DNA of 64,000 nt from Thermodesulfobacteriota bacterium (GTDB taxonomy: Bacteria > Desulfobacterota_D > UBA1144), in assembly GCA_036340075.1 (NCBI GenBank), contig JAYYZJ010000003.1:1-64000 (forward strand), read 5' to 3'. Below are positions 10,175 to 19,463 of this stretch, one piece after another. The translations under genes were made by a program, and so were the position numbers. The notes beneath the pieces were generated by a model. It saw only the letters and a list, made by a program, of their open reading frames with translations, had not been told where the DNA came from and searched no databases. How positions within the stretch are numbered: the first letter of the stretch is position 1; every line of letters starts with the position of its first letter.

Positions 10175-10612
10175 TTATTTTCTTGTTATACCTCTGTAAT
10201 CAAAAAGATAAAACGTAGCCTGTTTGCCTTCATAAAATTTCTCCAGAGAGTATCCTATAAATTCTAATTTTTCTAACTCATCTCCGCCATGCTTAGCTGT
10301 TTTCTGAGTATCAGAAAAATTTAATTTAACCACTAAGTCTTTTGGCATAGTTCTCTGTGCATCTGGAGGGGTAGTAAATACAATTGCTAATTCGTCCTCA
10401 ATTTTTTTTTCATTGGGCAAGGTGAATCCTACCGCTAAACTAATGGATTGCAGTTCTATTACATGGAGTTGGACTGATGTGCCAGTTGCTTCTTCTTCGG
10501 GCCCGTCTTCTACGGTTATAGTATAACTAGCACTGGGAAGCTGGTCTCCTTCTAAAGTGCTCTCTACCCTATTGTAATCTTCATTATCAATCAAACATCC
10601 AATATTTAGCAT
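10175..10612 (-). CDS. Hypothetical acidic protein
   Basis: 145 aa ORF with an AAGGAG SD, 3 nt from argG; no family recognised. Confidence 0.7.
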   Translation of the reverse strand: MLNIGCLIDNEDYNRVESTLEGDQLPSASYTITVEDGPEEEATGTSVQLHVIELQSISLAVGFTLPNEKKIEDELAIVFTTPPDAQRTMPKDLVVKLNFSDTQKTAKHGGDELEKLEFIGYSLEKFYEGKQATFYLFDYRGITRK

Positions 10613-10668
10613 TTTTTTCTCCTTAGTGCTCTGGAAATCTCAATGAGCTCCTAAAGTATTTATAATAT

Positions 10669-11325
10669 CTAATTAAGTTTAATAATACTAATCTGACTGT
10701 TTTCGGTAGACCCGTCTCTCCTGTAAGAATAAAAATTAATATCGCATTTTGTACAATTTGTAATCACATCTATTTTATTTACTCCGTTTTCATTTAATAG
10801 CTTTTTATTTATGTTCTGCAAATTAAGATAATATTTTTCATCAACTAATTGAAAACTCTCTTTTGTTAATCTAAATTTCTCATTGAATTTTAACCAAAGG
10901 TCTTTGTCGACTTCATAACAACACATACCTATTGATGGACCAATTGCTGCAACAATATCATTAGGATGACAATTATATTTTTTTAATAAAATATTGATTG
11001 TTTCTTTTACAACTTCATAAAAAGTTCCTCGCCATCCTGCATGTATAGCACAAACAAATGTAGATTCTACGCTACTAAGCAAAATGGGTACACAGTCTGC
11101 TGTTTTCACTCCGACATAAAAATCTTTTCTTGTTGTAATAACAGAATCTCCATCGTGTTGGTTTTTTAAATCATAATCCTTATCAACTATATATACTTTG
11201 TTTCCATGCACCTGATTTAGAAAATAAATTTTTTTATCTTCATCTAAAGTAAAATCTTTATAACCAAAATAATGCTCGGTTTTCGTAATATCCTTAAAGT
11301 ATTCTGAAGAAGAATAATTTTTCAT
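10669..11325 (-). CDS. pgeF: YfiH/PgeF laccase-domain protein
   Basis: QVHG, TADCVPILL, IHAGWRG, GPSIGMCCYEV, YSYRR; follows rluD as usual. Confidence 0.92.
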   Translation of the reverse strand: MKNYSSSEYFKDITKTEHYFGYKDFTLDEDKKIYFLNQVHGNKVYIVDKDYDLKNQHDGDSVITTRKDFYVGVKTADCVPILLSSVESTFVCAIHAGWRGTFYEVVKETINILLKKYNCHPNDIVAAIGPSIGMCCYEVDKDLWLKFNEKFRLTKESFQLVDEKYYLNLQNINKKLLNENGVNKIDVITNCTKCDINFYSYRRDGSTENSQISIIKLN

Positions 11326-12266
11326 AATTTTCTAAGCTCTCTCAAAATTTCATCTAAATCTCTAGGAAGCTTCGCGCTAAACTTCTTTATCTTATTTTTT
11401 GTTGGATGACTAAAAGATAAAGATTCTGCATGTAAAAAATGTCTTTCAAACAATTTCTTTTCTTTTCTGTTGTTTTGTCCTAGTAAATGTTTTTTGAAAT
11501 ATACCTTATCTCCAACAATAGGATGTCCTAATAAATTAAAATGAACTCTAATTTGATGTGTCCTTCCAGTCATTGGTCGAGCTTCTACAAGTGTATATTC
11601 TTTAAATAATTCTTTTACTTTCCATTCTGTCACTGCAGTTTTTGGAGAATTTGTATTATTGGATATTTTGGTTCGATTTTTTTTGTCTCGTCCTATTGAA
11701 AACTCTATAATTCCTTTGCTTTCTTTCGGCTTACCATAAATCAAAGCTAAATAGGTTTTTTTTATTGTTCTTTCTGCAAATTGTCTTGATAAATTCTGAT
11801 GTGCAATATCATTTTTCGCAACAACAAGAACACCTGAAGTTTCCTTATCTAATCTATGAACTATCCCTGGTCTTAAAACTCCACCAATTCCAGATAAGTT
11901 CTTGCAATGGTACAAGAGTCCATTAACAAGAGTCGGGGAATTTATTCCCGATCCGTGGTGAACACTAACAAATGGCGGCTTATTGACTACTGCTATATCT
12001 GAATCTTCATACAAAAAATCAAGTGGCATGTTGATTGGATCGGAAAAATCTATCTTAGGCTTAGGGAAACTAATCTTAATTAAATCACTATCTCTAACTT
12101 GATAGGATGCTTTGGTGCTACTATTATTACAAAGTACATTTCCTGATTTAATTAACTTTACAATAGAAGCCCTTGATTTACTGGTTAAATTTTCAGTTAA
12201 AACCTTATCCAGTCTTTTGCCACTATCAGCGACTCCAACAATAAATTGCCATGAAGAATTATCCAT
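11322..12266 (-). CDS. rluD: RluA-family 23S rRNA pseudouridine synthase
   Basis: S4 domain, RPGIVHRLDKETSG, TGRTHQIRVH. Confidence 0.93.
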   Translation of the reverse strand: MDNSSWQFIVGVADSGKRLDKVLTENLTSKSRASIVKLIKSGNVLCNNSSTKASYQVRDSDLIKISFPKPKIDFSDPINMPLDFLYEDSDIAVVNKPPFVSVHHGSGINSPTLVNGLLYHCKNLSGIGGVLRPGIVHRLDKETSGVLVVAKNDIAHQNLSRQFAERTIKKTYLALIYGKPKESKGIIEFSIGRDKKNRTKISNNTNSPKTAVTEWKVKELFKEYTLVEARPMTGRTHQIRVHFNLLGHPIVGDKVYFKKHLLGQNNRKEKKLFERHFLHAESLSFSHPTKNKIKKFSAKLPRDLDEILRELRKL

Positions 12267-12324
12267 TTTATTATTTAATTATGTTCATATCGTGAGCATA
12301 ATCAATATTCTAAAGGAGAGAAAT

Positions 12325-13206
12325 ATGGAAGTATTAGAAGCAATAGGACAAAGAAGAAGTATTAGATTTTATAAAAGCTGGAAAAAAGTTGAAGATTGGA
12401 AGATTCAAGTAATTCTTCAGGCTGCCAGATATGCATCATGTCAAGGCAATTGTAACTCGACAGAAGCTATAGTGATTGACAAAGCTACTTATCCGAAGAA
12501 AAAATGGGAAGAAATTGTTGGATGCGTATCAGCTTTCAATGAGCTACATTTGCAAACAGCACCAACACTAATTGTTTGGCTTACTAATTTAGATGGTTGG
12601 TATAAAGATTTAGTTAAATCTTTTGCGGTTTTATTTCCACTTAGAGCAATTTCAGCTGCTCAAGGTTGGACATATAAACTTTTGACAGAAACTACTTATC
12701 CAAGATTAATGAGTTTTCCAAAAGATAAAACAGAAGACTTGTTCAGGATAGAAGCCGGTCAAGCTATGGCACAATCAATGTTAGCTGCTACAGAATTAGG
12801 TTTGGGGTCATGTTTGATTGCTACAGGAAGAAATCCTGAAGCGTTTCCAAAAGTATTAGGATTGCCAGAAAATATAGTTCCTCTATGGGCAATGACAGTA
12901 GGATATCCTTTGGAGCATCCTGATCAGAGACCAAGAAAGAGATTTGATAGACTATTTCATTTTAATGAATACGGTAAACCCTTAAAAGAAGATAAAGAAA
13001 CAAAGGAATTATTAAAAGAAGCGGGGATGATACTCGATCCGAATCCAATCGATGAAAGAGAAGAAGAACTAAGAAGTATTTGTCGATCTCTAGGTCTTAC
13101 AGAGGATATGCCCGATATGCCAAGAGAAAAGATTGAGGAATTGTATAAAAAAGATTCTCCATATTACGGAGAACTTCCAAAAGATTTAATTAAAAAGGGA
13201 GTTTGA
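12325..13206 (+). CDS. Nitroreductase-family flavoprotein, divergent, C-terminally extended
   Basis: MEVLEAIGQRRSIRFY, EAGQAMAQSMLAATELGLGSC, VGYP; AAAGGAG SD before ATG 12325. Confidence 0.85.
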   Translation: MEVLEAIGQRRSIRFYKSWKKVEDWKIQVILQAARYASCQGNCNSTEAIVIDKATYPKKKWEEIVGCVSAFNELHLQTAPTLIVWLTNLDGWYKDLVKSFAVLFPLRAISAAQGWTYKLLTETTYPRLMSFPKDKTEDLFRIEAGQAMAQSMLAATELGLGSCLIATGRNPEAFPKVLGLPENIVPLWAMTVGYPLEHPDQRPRKRFDRLFHFNEYGKPLKEDKETKELLKEAGMILDPNPIDEREEELRSICRSLGLTEDMPDMPREKIEELYKKDSPYYGELPKDLIKKGV

Positions 13207-13517
13207 TGACTAAAGACAACAAAAGAATTGATCTGAGATTTGCTCTTACAGCTCCTGGAACTATGTGGAATCTTCTTTATGAAGGAATGGATCAGAATAT
13301 AAATTTAAGATCTACCTTTAAAGGCAAAGATGAAGAAAGCATAGAGGCTTTAATTAAATTTGGTGAAATATTAAGACGAAAAAAAGATTATGATATAAAT
13401 ATAATTTCAAACGGAATAGAAATTAATAAAGTCATACCAATAAACGATTATAAATCTGGGGAACAATGGACTGAATTAATGTCAAAGCTTAAGGAAGAAA
13501 TAACAAAAATGATTTAA
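13206..13517 (+). CDS. Hypothetical protein
   Basis: ATG overlaps the nitroreductase stop (TGATG); about 103 aa. Confidence 0.7.
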   Translation: MTKDNKRIDLRFALTAPGTMWNLLYEGMDQNINLRSTFKGKDEESIEALIKFGEILRRKKDYDINIISNGIEINKVIPINDYKSGEQWTELMSKLKEEITKMI

Positions 13518-14299
13518 ACTTTAATTTCTCCGCTGCTAATTATTTCTTCTTTATCTTTATACTGTAGTACGAGTTCGCCTTTATTTGTGACTCTTTTTGC
13601 AATACCTTTAAGTAGCTTTTCATTTCTAATTAAAGAAACTTCTTTATTTTTGTCATTCCAATTTTCTTCCCAAAATTTTAATATTCTGTCTATATTTCTG
13701 TTTTTGTATTCATTAATCCAAAAACAGAAAGAATCTATTAAATTAAAGGCTACATCTTCTAGATTGTGGTTTCCGTTTGTTTCAATATTCATACTAGTAG
13801 GAGGAACAACGTAGCTAATTTTATCTTCAGCAAAATCTTCGTTTGTAAGATTTACATTAATTCCAATTCCAACAATAATAAAATTATTAGAATCTTTCTT
13901 GTAATCAGATTCGCATAATATCCCCGAAATCTTTTTTGAATTAACAAGTACATCATTTGGCCATTTAACTTTAGGATTCAAGCCAAATTTAATCAATGTG
14001 TCTACTACGGCATTTGATGATAAAAGTGGTACAAGAGTTGGCGGGAGTTTCGGTGATTCGGGATATTTTACTATTCCTGATAACGCTATACTTTTTCCTT
14101 CCAAAGAGTGCCAAGATCTATTATTCCTCCCTTTTCCTTTAGTTTGCGATTTAGAAATAATAAATAATCCTTCGCTTTTTGTTTCCATAGATAGAGCATA
14201 GTTATTTGTTGAATCTACACTATCTAAACATAATATTTTTTTTACAAAGTCTTTATTGGCCGCATCCTTTTTTAATCTACTTTCTAGTTTTTCATACAT
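13514..14299 (-). CDS. birA: Biotin-protein ligase lacking the HTH domain (group I)
   Basis: VDSTN, QTKGKGRNNRSW, KWPNDV, KISGIL, GIGINVN. Confidence 0.93.
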   Translation of the reverse strand: MYEKLESRLKKDAANKDFVKKILCLDSVDSTNNYALSMETKSEGLFIISKSQTKGKGRNNRSWHSLEGKSIALSGIVKYPESPKLPPTLVPLLSSNAVVDTLIKFGLNPKVKWPNDVLVNSKKISGILCESDYKKDSNNFIIVGIGINVNLTNEDFAEDKISYVVPPTSMNIETNGNHNLEDVAFNLIDSFCFWINEYKNRNIDRILKFWEENWNDKNKEVSLIRNEKLLKGIAKRVTNKGELVLQYKDKEEIISSGEIKV

Positions 14300-14300
14300 C

Positions 14301-15413
14301 CTAAACTCCTAATTGATTGTAGTCTCTATATTCTGCAATAATTAGCGAAATGATAGATAAAGCTATAGATGCACATAACAATGATGAGCCACCATAGCTA
14401 AACATAACTATTGGTATTCCAACTACAGGAAAGATTCCTAAAGTCATACATATGTTAATCATAAAATGAAAGAAAAAATACGAACACATTCCAAATAGTA
14501 ATACTTGCAAAAACTGGTCTTTGATTTGGTTTAAAAAAGTTAACGGATATATAACAATAAAAGAGAACAAAGCTATTAGAAATAAAGAGCCAACAAAACC
14601 AGTTTGTTCCGCCCATACAGAAAAAGCAAAGTCTGTATGCTTCTCTGGTAGAAATCTGAATTTACCTTGGGAGCTATTTCCAAATCCTTTTCCAGTAATT
14701 TTTCCAGAGCCTATTGCTATTTTTGATTGAATAGCATTATATCCGTATCCTCGCGGGTCTTTTTCGGGATTTATAAAATTAACTATCCTTTCTTTTTGGT
14801 AATCTTTAAGATAGTTGTTCCATAATGGTACCGAAATTATACAAAATATTAAAAAAATCACTATAAGGAATATCCTGTTATATGAAAATGTAAAAATTAT
14901 GGACAAAGAAACTAATAACAACATAAATCCTGATCCAAAATCCGGCTGAGCAATAATCAAAGCAAAGGGAGGTAGAAGAAAAAGGGCGCCCAAAATATAC
15001 TTAATTGCAAAAGATTTTGAATAGGCACCTAGCTCAGAGTAGAATTTTGCTATTATAAAAACAAAAGCTATCTTAGCGAACTCGGATGGTTGAAAAGAAA
15101 ATAGACCACCGAATTTAATCCAACTTTTTGATCCCGAGATTTCTTGTCCTATAAAAAGAACAAGAACCAATAGAATTATTGAAAGAATATATGCGGGCAA
15201 AGACACATCTTTGACCATCTTGGGTCTTAAATTTCTGATTATTAAAGTTGTAAATATTGCGATTGCTATCCAAAAGACCTGCCTAAAAGCATAAGATTTA
15301 AAAAATGGGACATCCTCAATAAATAATAAATTAATAAAACTCAGAAACATTATAAAAAAACCGGTAAACAGTATTTTAAATTCTGGCTTTCTCCACAATT
15401 CAACTAAACTCAT
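14301..15413 (-). CDS. rodA: Rod shape-determining SEDS protein RodA
   Basis: FQPSEFAK, QPDFGS, LPEKHTDF, SYGGSS; downstream of PBP2. Confidence 0.94.
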   Translation of the reverse strand: MSLVELWRKPEFKILFTGFFIMFLSFINLLFIEDVPFFKSYAFRQVFWIAIAIFTTLIIRNLRPKMVKDVSLPAYILSIILLVLVLFIGQEISGSKSWIKFGGLFSFQPSEFAKIAFVFIIAKFYSELGAYSKSFAIKYILGALFLLPPFALIIAQPDFGSGFMLLLVSLSIIFTFSYNRIFLIVIFLIFCIISVPLWNNYLKDYQKERIVNFINPEKDPRGYGYNAIQSKIAIGSGKITGKGFGNSSQGKFRFLPEKHTDFAFSVWAEQTGFVGSLFLIALFSFIVIYPLTFLNQIKDQFLQVLLFGMCSYFFFHFMINICMTLGIFPVVGIPIVMFSYGGSSLLCASIALSIISLIIAEYRDYNQLGV

Positions 15414-15414
15414 A

Positions 15415-17175
15415 TTATGTATCCTTCTTTGGCTTCTCTTTTAAATAATTTGCTTTGTAATATCTAACAATTTTTTTTATTATCGGTCCACCTGCTGCAC
15501 CGCCAGAACTTCCATGCTCTGCAAATACAGAAATCACTATTTGAGGATTATTATATGGGTAATAAGCAGTAAACCATCCATGGTTTCTAAATTTTCCATA
15601 ACCATATTGTCTTGCATCTTTCGATATTACTTGTGCAGTCCCTGTTTTTCCTGCAAGTCTTCCATCATCTCGTGCATGAAATCCTGTACCCTTTTTGTCA
15701 TTCACTACTCCCAACAATCCTTCTTGTATAGTTTTTAAAGTTGACTCTCTAATTTCTACTTTTTCTTTCTTTAAAACATCATCACTTTTAACTATATACA
15801 GATTGGGAACATAACCATTAGAGGCAATGATAGATGTCATAATTGAGGCTTGAACGACATTCATTGTTAAATATCCTTGCCCAATTGAAACATTTGCCAT
15901 GTCGCCTGGATAAAATTTTCCCTTTAGATATCTATCAATAAATTTCTTATTCGGAATCGTTCCTGGATTCTGTGCAAATGGTAAATCAGACGGTCGGCCT
16001 ATTTTAAATTTTTCCAACCATTTACTGTATCTTTTTATTCCCAACTTTAATCCTACCTGGTAGAAAAAAACATCACTTGATCCAATAAGTGCTTGTTTAA
16101 CATTAATGGTGCCATGGCCTCCTTTAAGCCAATCTCTAAATCGCCTTCCACCTATATCTATAGACCCCGGGCAATTTAACTTTGTATCTTTAGTGATAAC
16201 TTTCTCTTCAAGGGCTGCCGCTGCGGTTACAATTTTTATGATTGATCCTGGTGGTGAAGTAGCAAGCAATGCTCTATCCATAAATGGCCTAGCTTTGTCA
16301 TTATTTAGTTGTTTCCAATTTTGACTAGATATTGGTTGTGCAAATAAATTTGGATCAAAAGAAGGTTTGCTTACTAGAGCTAAAATTTCCCCTGTATTCA
16401 AATCATGAACCATTGCTGCTCCATTTAGTTTTCCAAAAGCTTCGTAAATCAATTTTTCTAGTTCTATATCAATTGTTAAGGAGAGATCTGATCCTCTTTT
16501 TCTTTCAACAGTTGTTATATTTTCTTCATCAGAATCAATTTCTCTTCCTTTGTTGTCTACAAGTAAATATTTTGCTCCCATATTTCCTTGAAGTATTCGA
16601 TCATATTTCTTCTCCAGACCTGAAGCACCGGAACGACTCGACAAAAAAGACCCGTAAACCAAGTCTCGCTTATCATTTGTTCTCAAATAACCTATTTTAT
16701 GTGCACCAACCTCCCCGTATGGATACACTCTCAAGTAATCTATTAATAGTTCTAGTGATTCAAATTGATTCAAGTAAGATTCCAGCTTGTAAATCTCATT
16801 TATATCCAAATCCTTTTTAAGTAAAATTCTCTTAGATATATAAGGTGATTTCTCAAACCTAATCTTTTTTAAAGTTTTTTTGTCTAGATTTAGTTTATTA
16901 ACAAGAAAATCTTTTATTTCCGCTGATTCTTCCTCAACATTTACTTTCATATACAAATTAATAATTGGTTTACTAATAGCTATCTTTCTTCCAAATCTAT
17001 CCAAAATTTCTCCACGTGGAGATGGTACCAGTACTTCTTTTAAAAAGTTGTTTTTTGAAATTTGATGATATTTGCTTCCCTGAACAACCTGGAGGTATGC
17101 GAGTCGGAATATAACTATTCCTACAAAAATCAGTACAACTAATATTGAGAAGTTTCTTCTGGATAATGAGGCCAT
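15415..17175 (-). CDS. mrdA: Penicillin-binding protein 2
   Basis: RGEILDR, GSIIK (SxxK), SSD, GKTGTAQ. Confidence 0.94.
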   Translation of the reverse strand: MASLSRRNFSILVVLIFVGIVIFRLAYLQVVQGSKYHQISKNNFLKEVLVPSPRGEILDRFGRKIAISKPIINLYMKVNVEEESAEIKDFLVNKLNLDKKTLKKIRFEKSPYISKRILLKKDLDINEIYKLESYLNQFESLELLIDYLRVYPYGEVGAHKIGYLRTNDKRDLVYGSFLSSRSGASGLEKKYDRILQGNMGAKYLLVDNKGREIDSDEENITTVERKRGSDLSLTIDIELEKLIYEAFGKLNGAAMVHDLNTGEILALVSKPSFDPNLFAQPISSQNWKQLNNDKARPFMDRALLATSPPGSIIKIVTAAAALEEKVITKDTKLNCPGSIDIGGRRFRDWLKGGHGTINVKQALIGSSDVFFYQVGLKLGIKRYSKWLEKFKIGRPSDLPFAQNPGTIPNKKFIDRYLKGKFYPGDMANVSIGQGYLTMNVVQASIMTSIIASNGYVPNLYIVKSDDVLKKEKVEIRESTLKTIQEGLLGVVNDKKGTGFHARDDGRLAGKTGTAQVISKDARQYGYGKFRNHGWFTAYYPYNNPQIVISVFAEHGSSGGAAGGPIIKKIVRYYKANYLKEKPKKDT

Positions 17176-17642
17176 GAAGTATATTTAATCATAAATAACA
17201 GAATAATTGAAATTAAAGAATTATATAAAAATGGAATTATTACCATACTTATATAATCAAAGAAATCTACGCCATATAGAGACTTGTACATAATTAAAAC
17301 TAGAAATGAATGGAGTATTAAAAATGAAAAAATCATTAATACATCATTTAGGATTGAGCGCCAATAATATTTTTCTATTAAATAATAGAAACTTAAGAAA
17401 AGGAAAAACTTAGAAAAAATATCTATATATCCAACAATATCGGAAAGTGATAAATAAAAAAATAATGTTGCGCAAATTCCGATAATTCTATTAAAATTGA
17501 TACCAGTTGCAAGAAGAATAACAATTAAAATCAATGAAGGGTCTGTATATCCACCGAAATCAATTGAGTTTGAATTAGGAAATGCTGGTATAAAAACAAA
17601 TAAATAGGCCAAAATTATCTGCAAGTAACTAAAGTTTTTCAT
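17139..17642 (-). CDS. mreD: Probable MreD (divergent integral membrane protein)
   Basis: Hydrophobic 167 aa ORF between mreC and mrdA; assigned by position. Confidence 0.65.
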   Translation of the reverse strand: MKNFSYLQIILAYLFVFIPAFPNSNSIDFGGYTDPSLILIVILLATGINFNRIIGICATLFFYLSLSDIVGYIDIFSKFFLFLSFYYLIEKYYWRSILNDVLMIFSFLILHSFLVLIMYKSLYGVDFFDYISMVIIPFLYNSLISIILLFMIKYTSWPHYPEETSQY

Positions 17643-18348
17643 TTTTTACAATTGAAACAAACTTGGCTCCACGTGAATACACTAAACCTTTAACTTTAAT
17701 CCTTAAAAATCCCTTTTTAACTTCTATACTCTCTACGGATCCAATTTGAAAGCTTGTATATGCAAATCCACTATTATCAGAAAGATAAATTTTATCATCA
17801 ACATTAATGTCTGATTGAACAGGAATGTATTCTATGTAGGAGGATACACCGTCACCTTTAAAAATTCCTGAAATTTTATTTTCACCAACTAAAACCAAAG
17901 TACTAAATCGTGGACTATGTGGAAAAATAATTTCAGAATGTCTATTAAAAACTTTGCCAATTTTGCCGATTAGACCTGTATGATTAATAACTAAATAACC
18001 CTCTCTGACTCCATTCTCTTTTCCTTTGTTTACAAAACCCATGGCAGATAAAACAATAGGAGTTTTTACAGTAACTTGGGCATGAATTAAATTAAATTTG
18101 CTCTCTTTTTCAAGTTTGAGCATTTTTCTTAATTCCTCATTCTCATTAATCAATGATTGATTAAGTTTAGAATTTTCTAATATCTCATTAGCATATTTTT
18201 TTGGTATTTGATTAGAAGCTACACTTGATAAGTTAGAAGTGAAAAAATCGGAAAAGATAAAATTTAAATTTAACAAAAAGAATATTGCGACAAATAAGAG
18301 AATTAATAATACTAGTGAGATTTTCTTTATATTTCTCTTTGAAATCAT
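17629..18348 (-). CDS. mreC: Rod shape-determining protein MreC
   Basis: N-terminal TM, ENEELRKML coil, NKGKENGV..GLIGKI. Confidence 0.85.
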   Translation of the reverse strand: MISKRNIKKISLVLLILLFVAIFFLLNLNFIFSDFFTSNLSSVASNQIPKKYANEILENSKLNQSLINENEELRKMLKLEKESKFNLIHAQVTVKTPIVLSAMGFVNKGKENGVREGYLVINHTGLIGKIGKVFNRHSEIIFPHSPRFSTLVLVGENKISGIFKGDGVSSYIEYIPVQSDINVDDKIYLSDNSGFAYTSFQIGSVESIEVKKGFLRIKVKGLVYSRGAKFVSIVKNEKL

Positions 18349-18353
18349 TAAGA

Positions 18354-19415
18354 CTAAATGGAAATTCTTCTTAAAGTATTAATCTCTTCTAAAGCTCGTC
18401 CACATCCTCTAACTACACAGGTTAATGGCTCATCAGCTACTGCTACTTTAAGATTGGTTGCCTTGGAGATTCTTTCGGCTAGACCTCCTAGCAATGCTCC
18501 TCCTCCTGCAAGTACAATACCATCGACTATAATGTCTCCCGCAAGCTCTGGAGGTGTCTCGTCTAAGGTCTCTCTAACAGCAGAAATAATATGATCTACC
18601 GACTCGTCTAAGGCTTTTTTAACATCTACTGCTGTTAATTGCATAGATTTTGGCAACCCAGAGTCTAAACTTCTTCCTCTAATTGTCATTTTAAGGCTTT
18701 CGCTTGGAGTATCTCTTACGTCTGCTATTTTTTGTTTTACACTCTCTGCCATGTTTTCTCCAACTAAAATATTAAAAGTATTTCTAATATAGTCTACGAT
18801 AGCAGAATTCATCGAATCACCTGCGGTTTTAATTGATCGACTAATGACCAGCCCACCGAGGGAAAGAACCGAGATTCCGGTAGTTCCTCCTCCAATATCT
18901 ATAACCATTCCTCCTCTCGACTCTAAAACTGAGGGCATTTCTGCACCATATGCAGCTGCCATAGTTTCTTCGATTAGATATACTTCTCGTGCTCCAGCCG
19001 ATTCTGCTGCTTCAACAACAGCTCTTTTCTCAACTGGTGTAATTCCAATTGGAACAGAGACAACAACTCTCGGTCTAACAAGAAAATTATTTTTATGATA
19101 TCTAGAAATAAAATATTCGAGCATTTTTTGTGTCACTTCAAAATCTGCAATAACTCCATCTTTAAGTGGTCTAATGGCATCAATTTTTCCATGAGTTTTT
19201 CCTATCATAGCTTTTGCTTCATCACCAACAGCTAAAATTGTTTTCTCACCCATTTTATCAATTTGAACAGCTACAACTGATGGTTCGTTAGCGACGATTC
19301 CTTGATTTTTCACGTACACAACAATGTTAGCTGTGCCCAAGTCTAAACCAATATCTATCGAAAAATAGTTGGCAATCTTGTCCCAGATTGTATAAGTCTT
19401 AGTTGTATTGCTCAT
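18354..19415 (-). CDS. mreB: Rod shape-determining protein MreB
   Basis: DLGTAN, EPSVVA, RPLKDGVIADF, DIGGGTT, GGGALL. Confidence 0.97.
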   Translation of the reverse strand: MSNTTKTYTIWDKIANYFSIDIGLDLGTANIVVYVKNQGIVANEPSVVAVQIDKMGEKTILAVGDEAKAMIGKTHGKIDAIRPLKDGVIADFEVTQKMLEYFISRYHKNNFLVRPRVVVSVPIGITPVEKRAVVEAAESAGAREVYLIEETMAAAYGAEMPSVLESRGGMVIDIGGGTTGISVLSLGGLVISRSIKTAGDSMNSAIVDYIRNTFNILVGENMAESVKQKIADVRDTPSESLKMTIRGRSLDSGLPKSMQLTAVDVKKALDESVDHIISAVRETLDETPPELAGDIIVDGIVLAGGGALLGGLAERISKATNLKVAVADEPLTCVVRGCGRALEEINTLRRISI

Positions 19416-19463
19416 TAATTCTTAATTATGATTAAAAAATACTTTTTTTCAATTTTAATTCGA

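Noticed and set aside
12112..12324. N-terminal extension of the nitroreductase ORF
   Set aside because: Overlaps rluD on the opposite strand; the SD and family motif point to ATG 12325.
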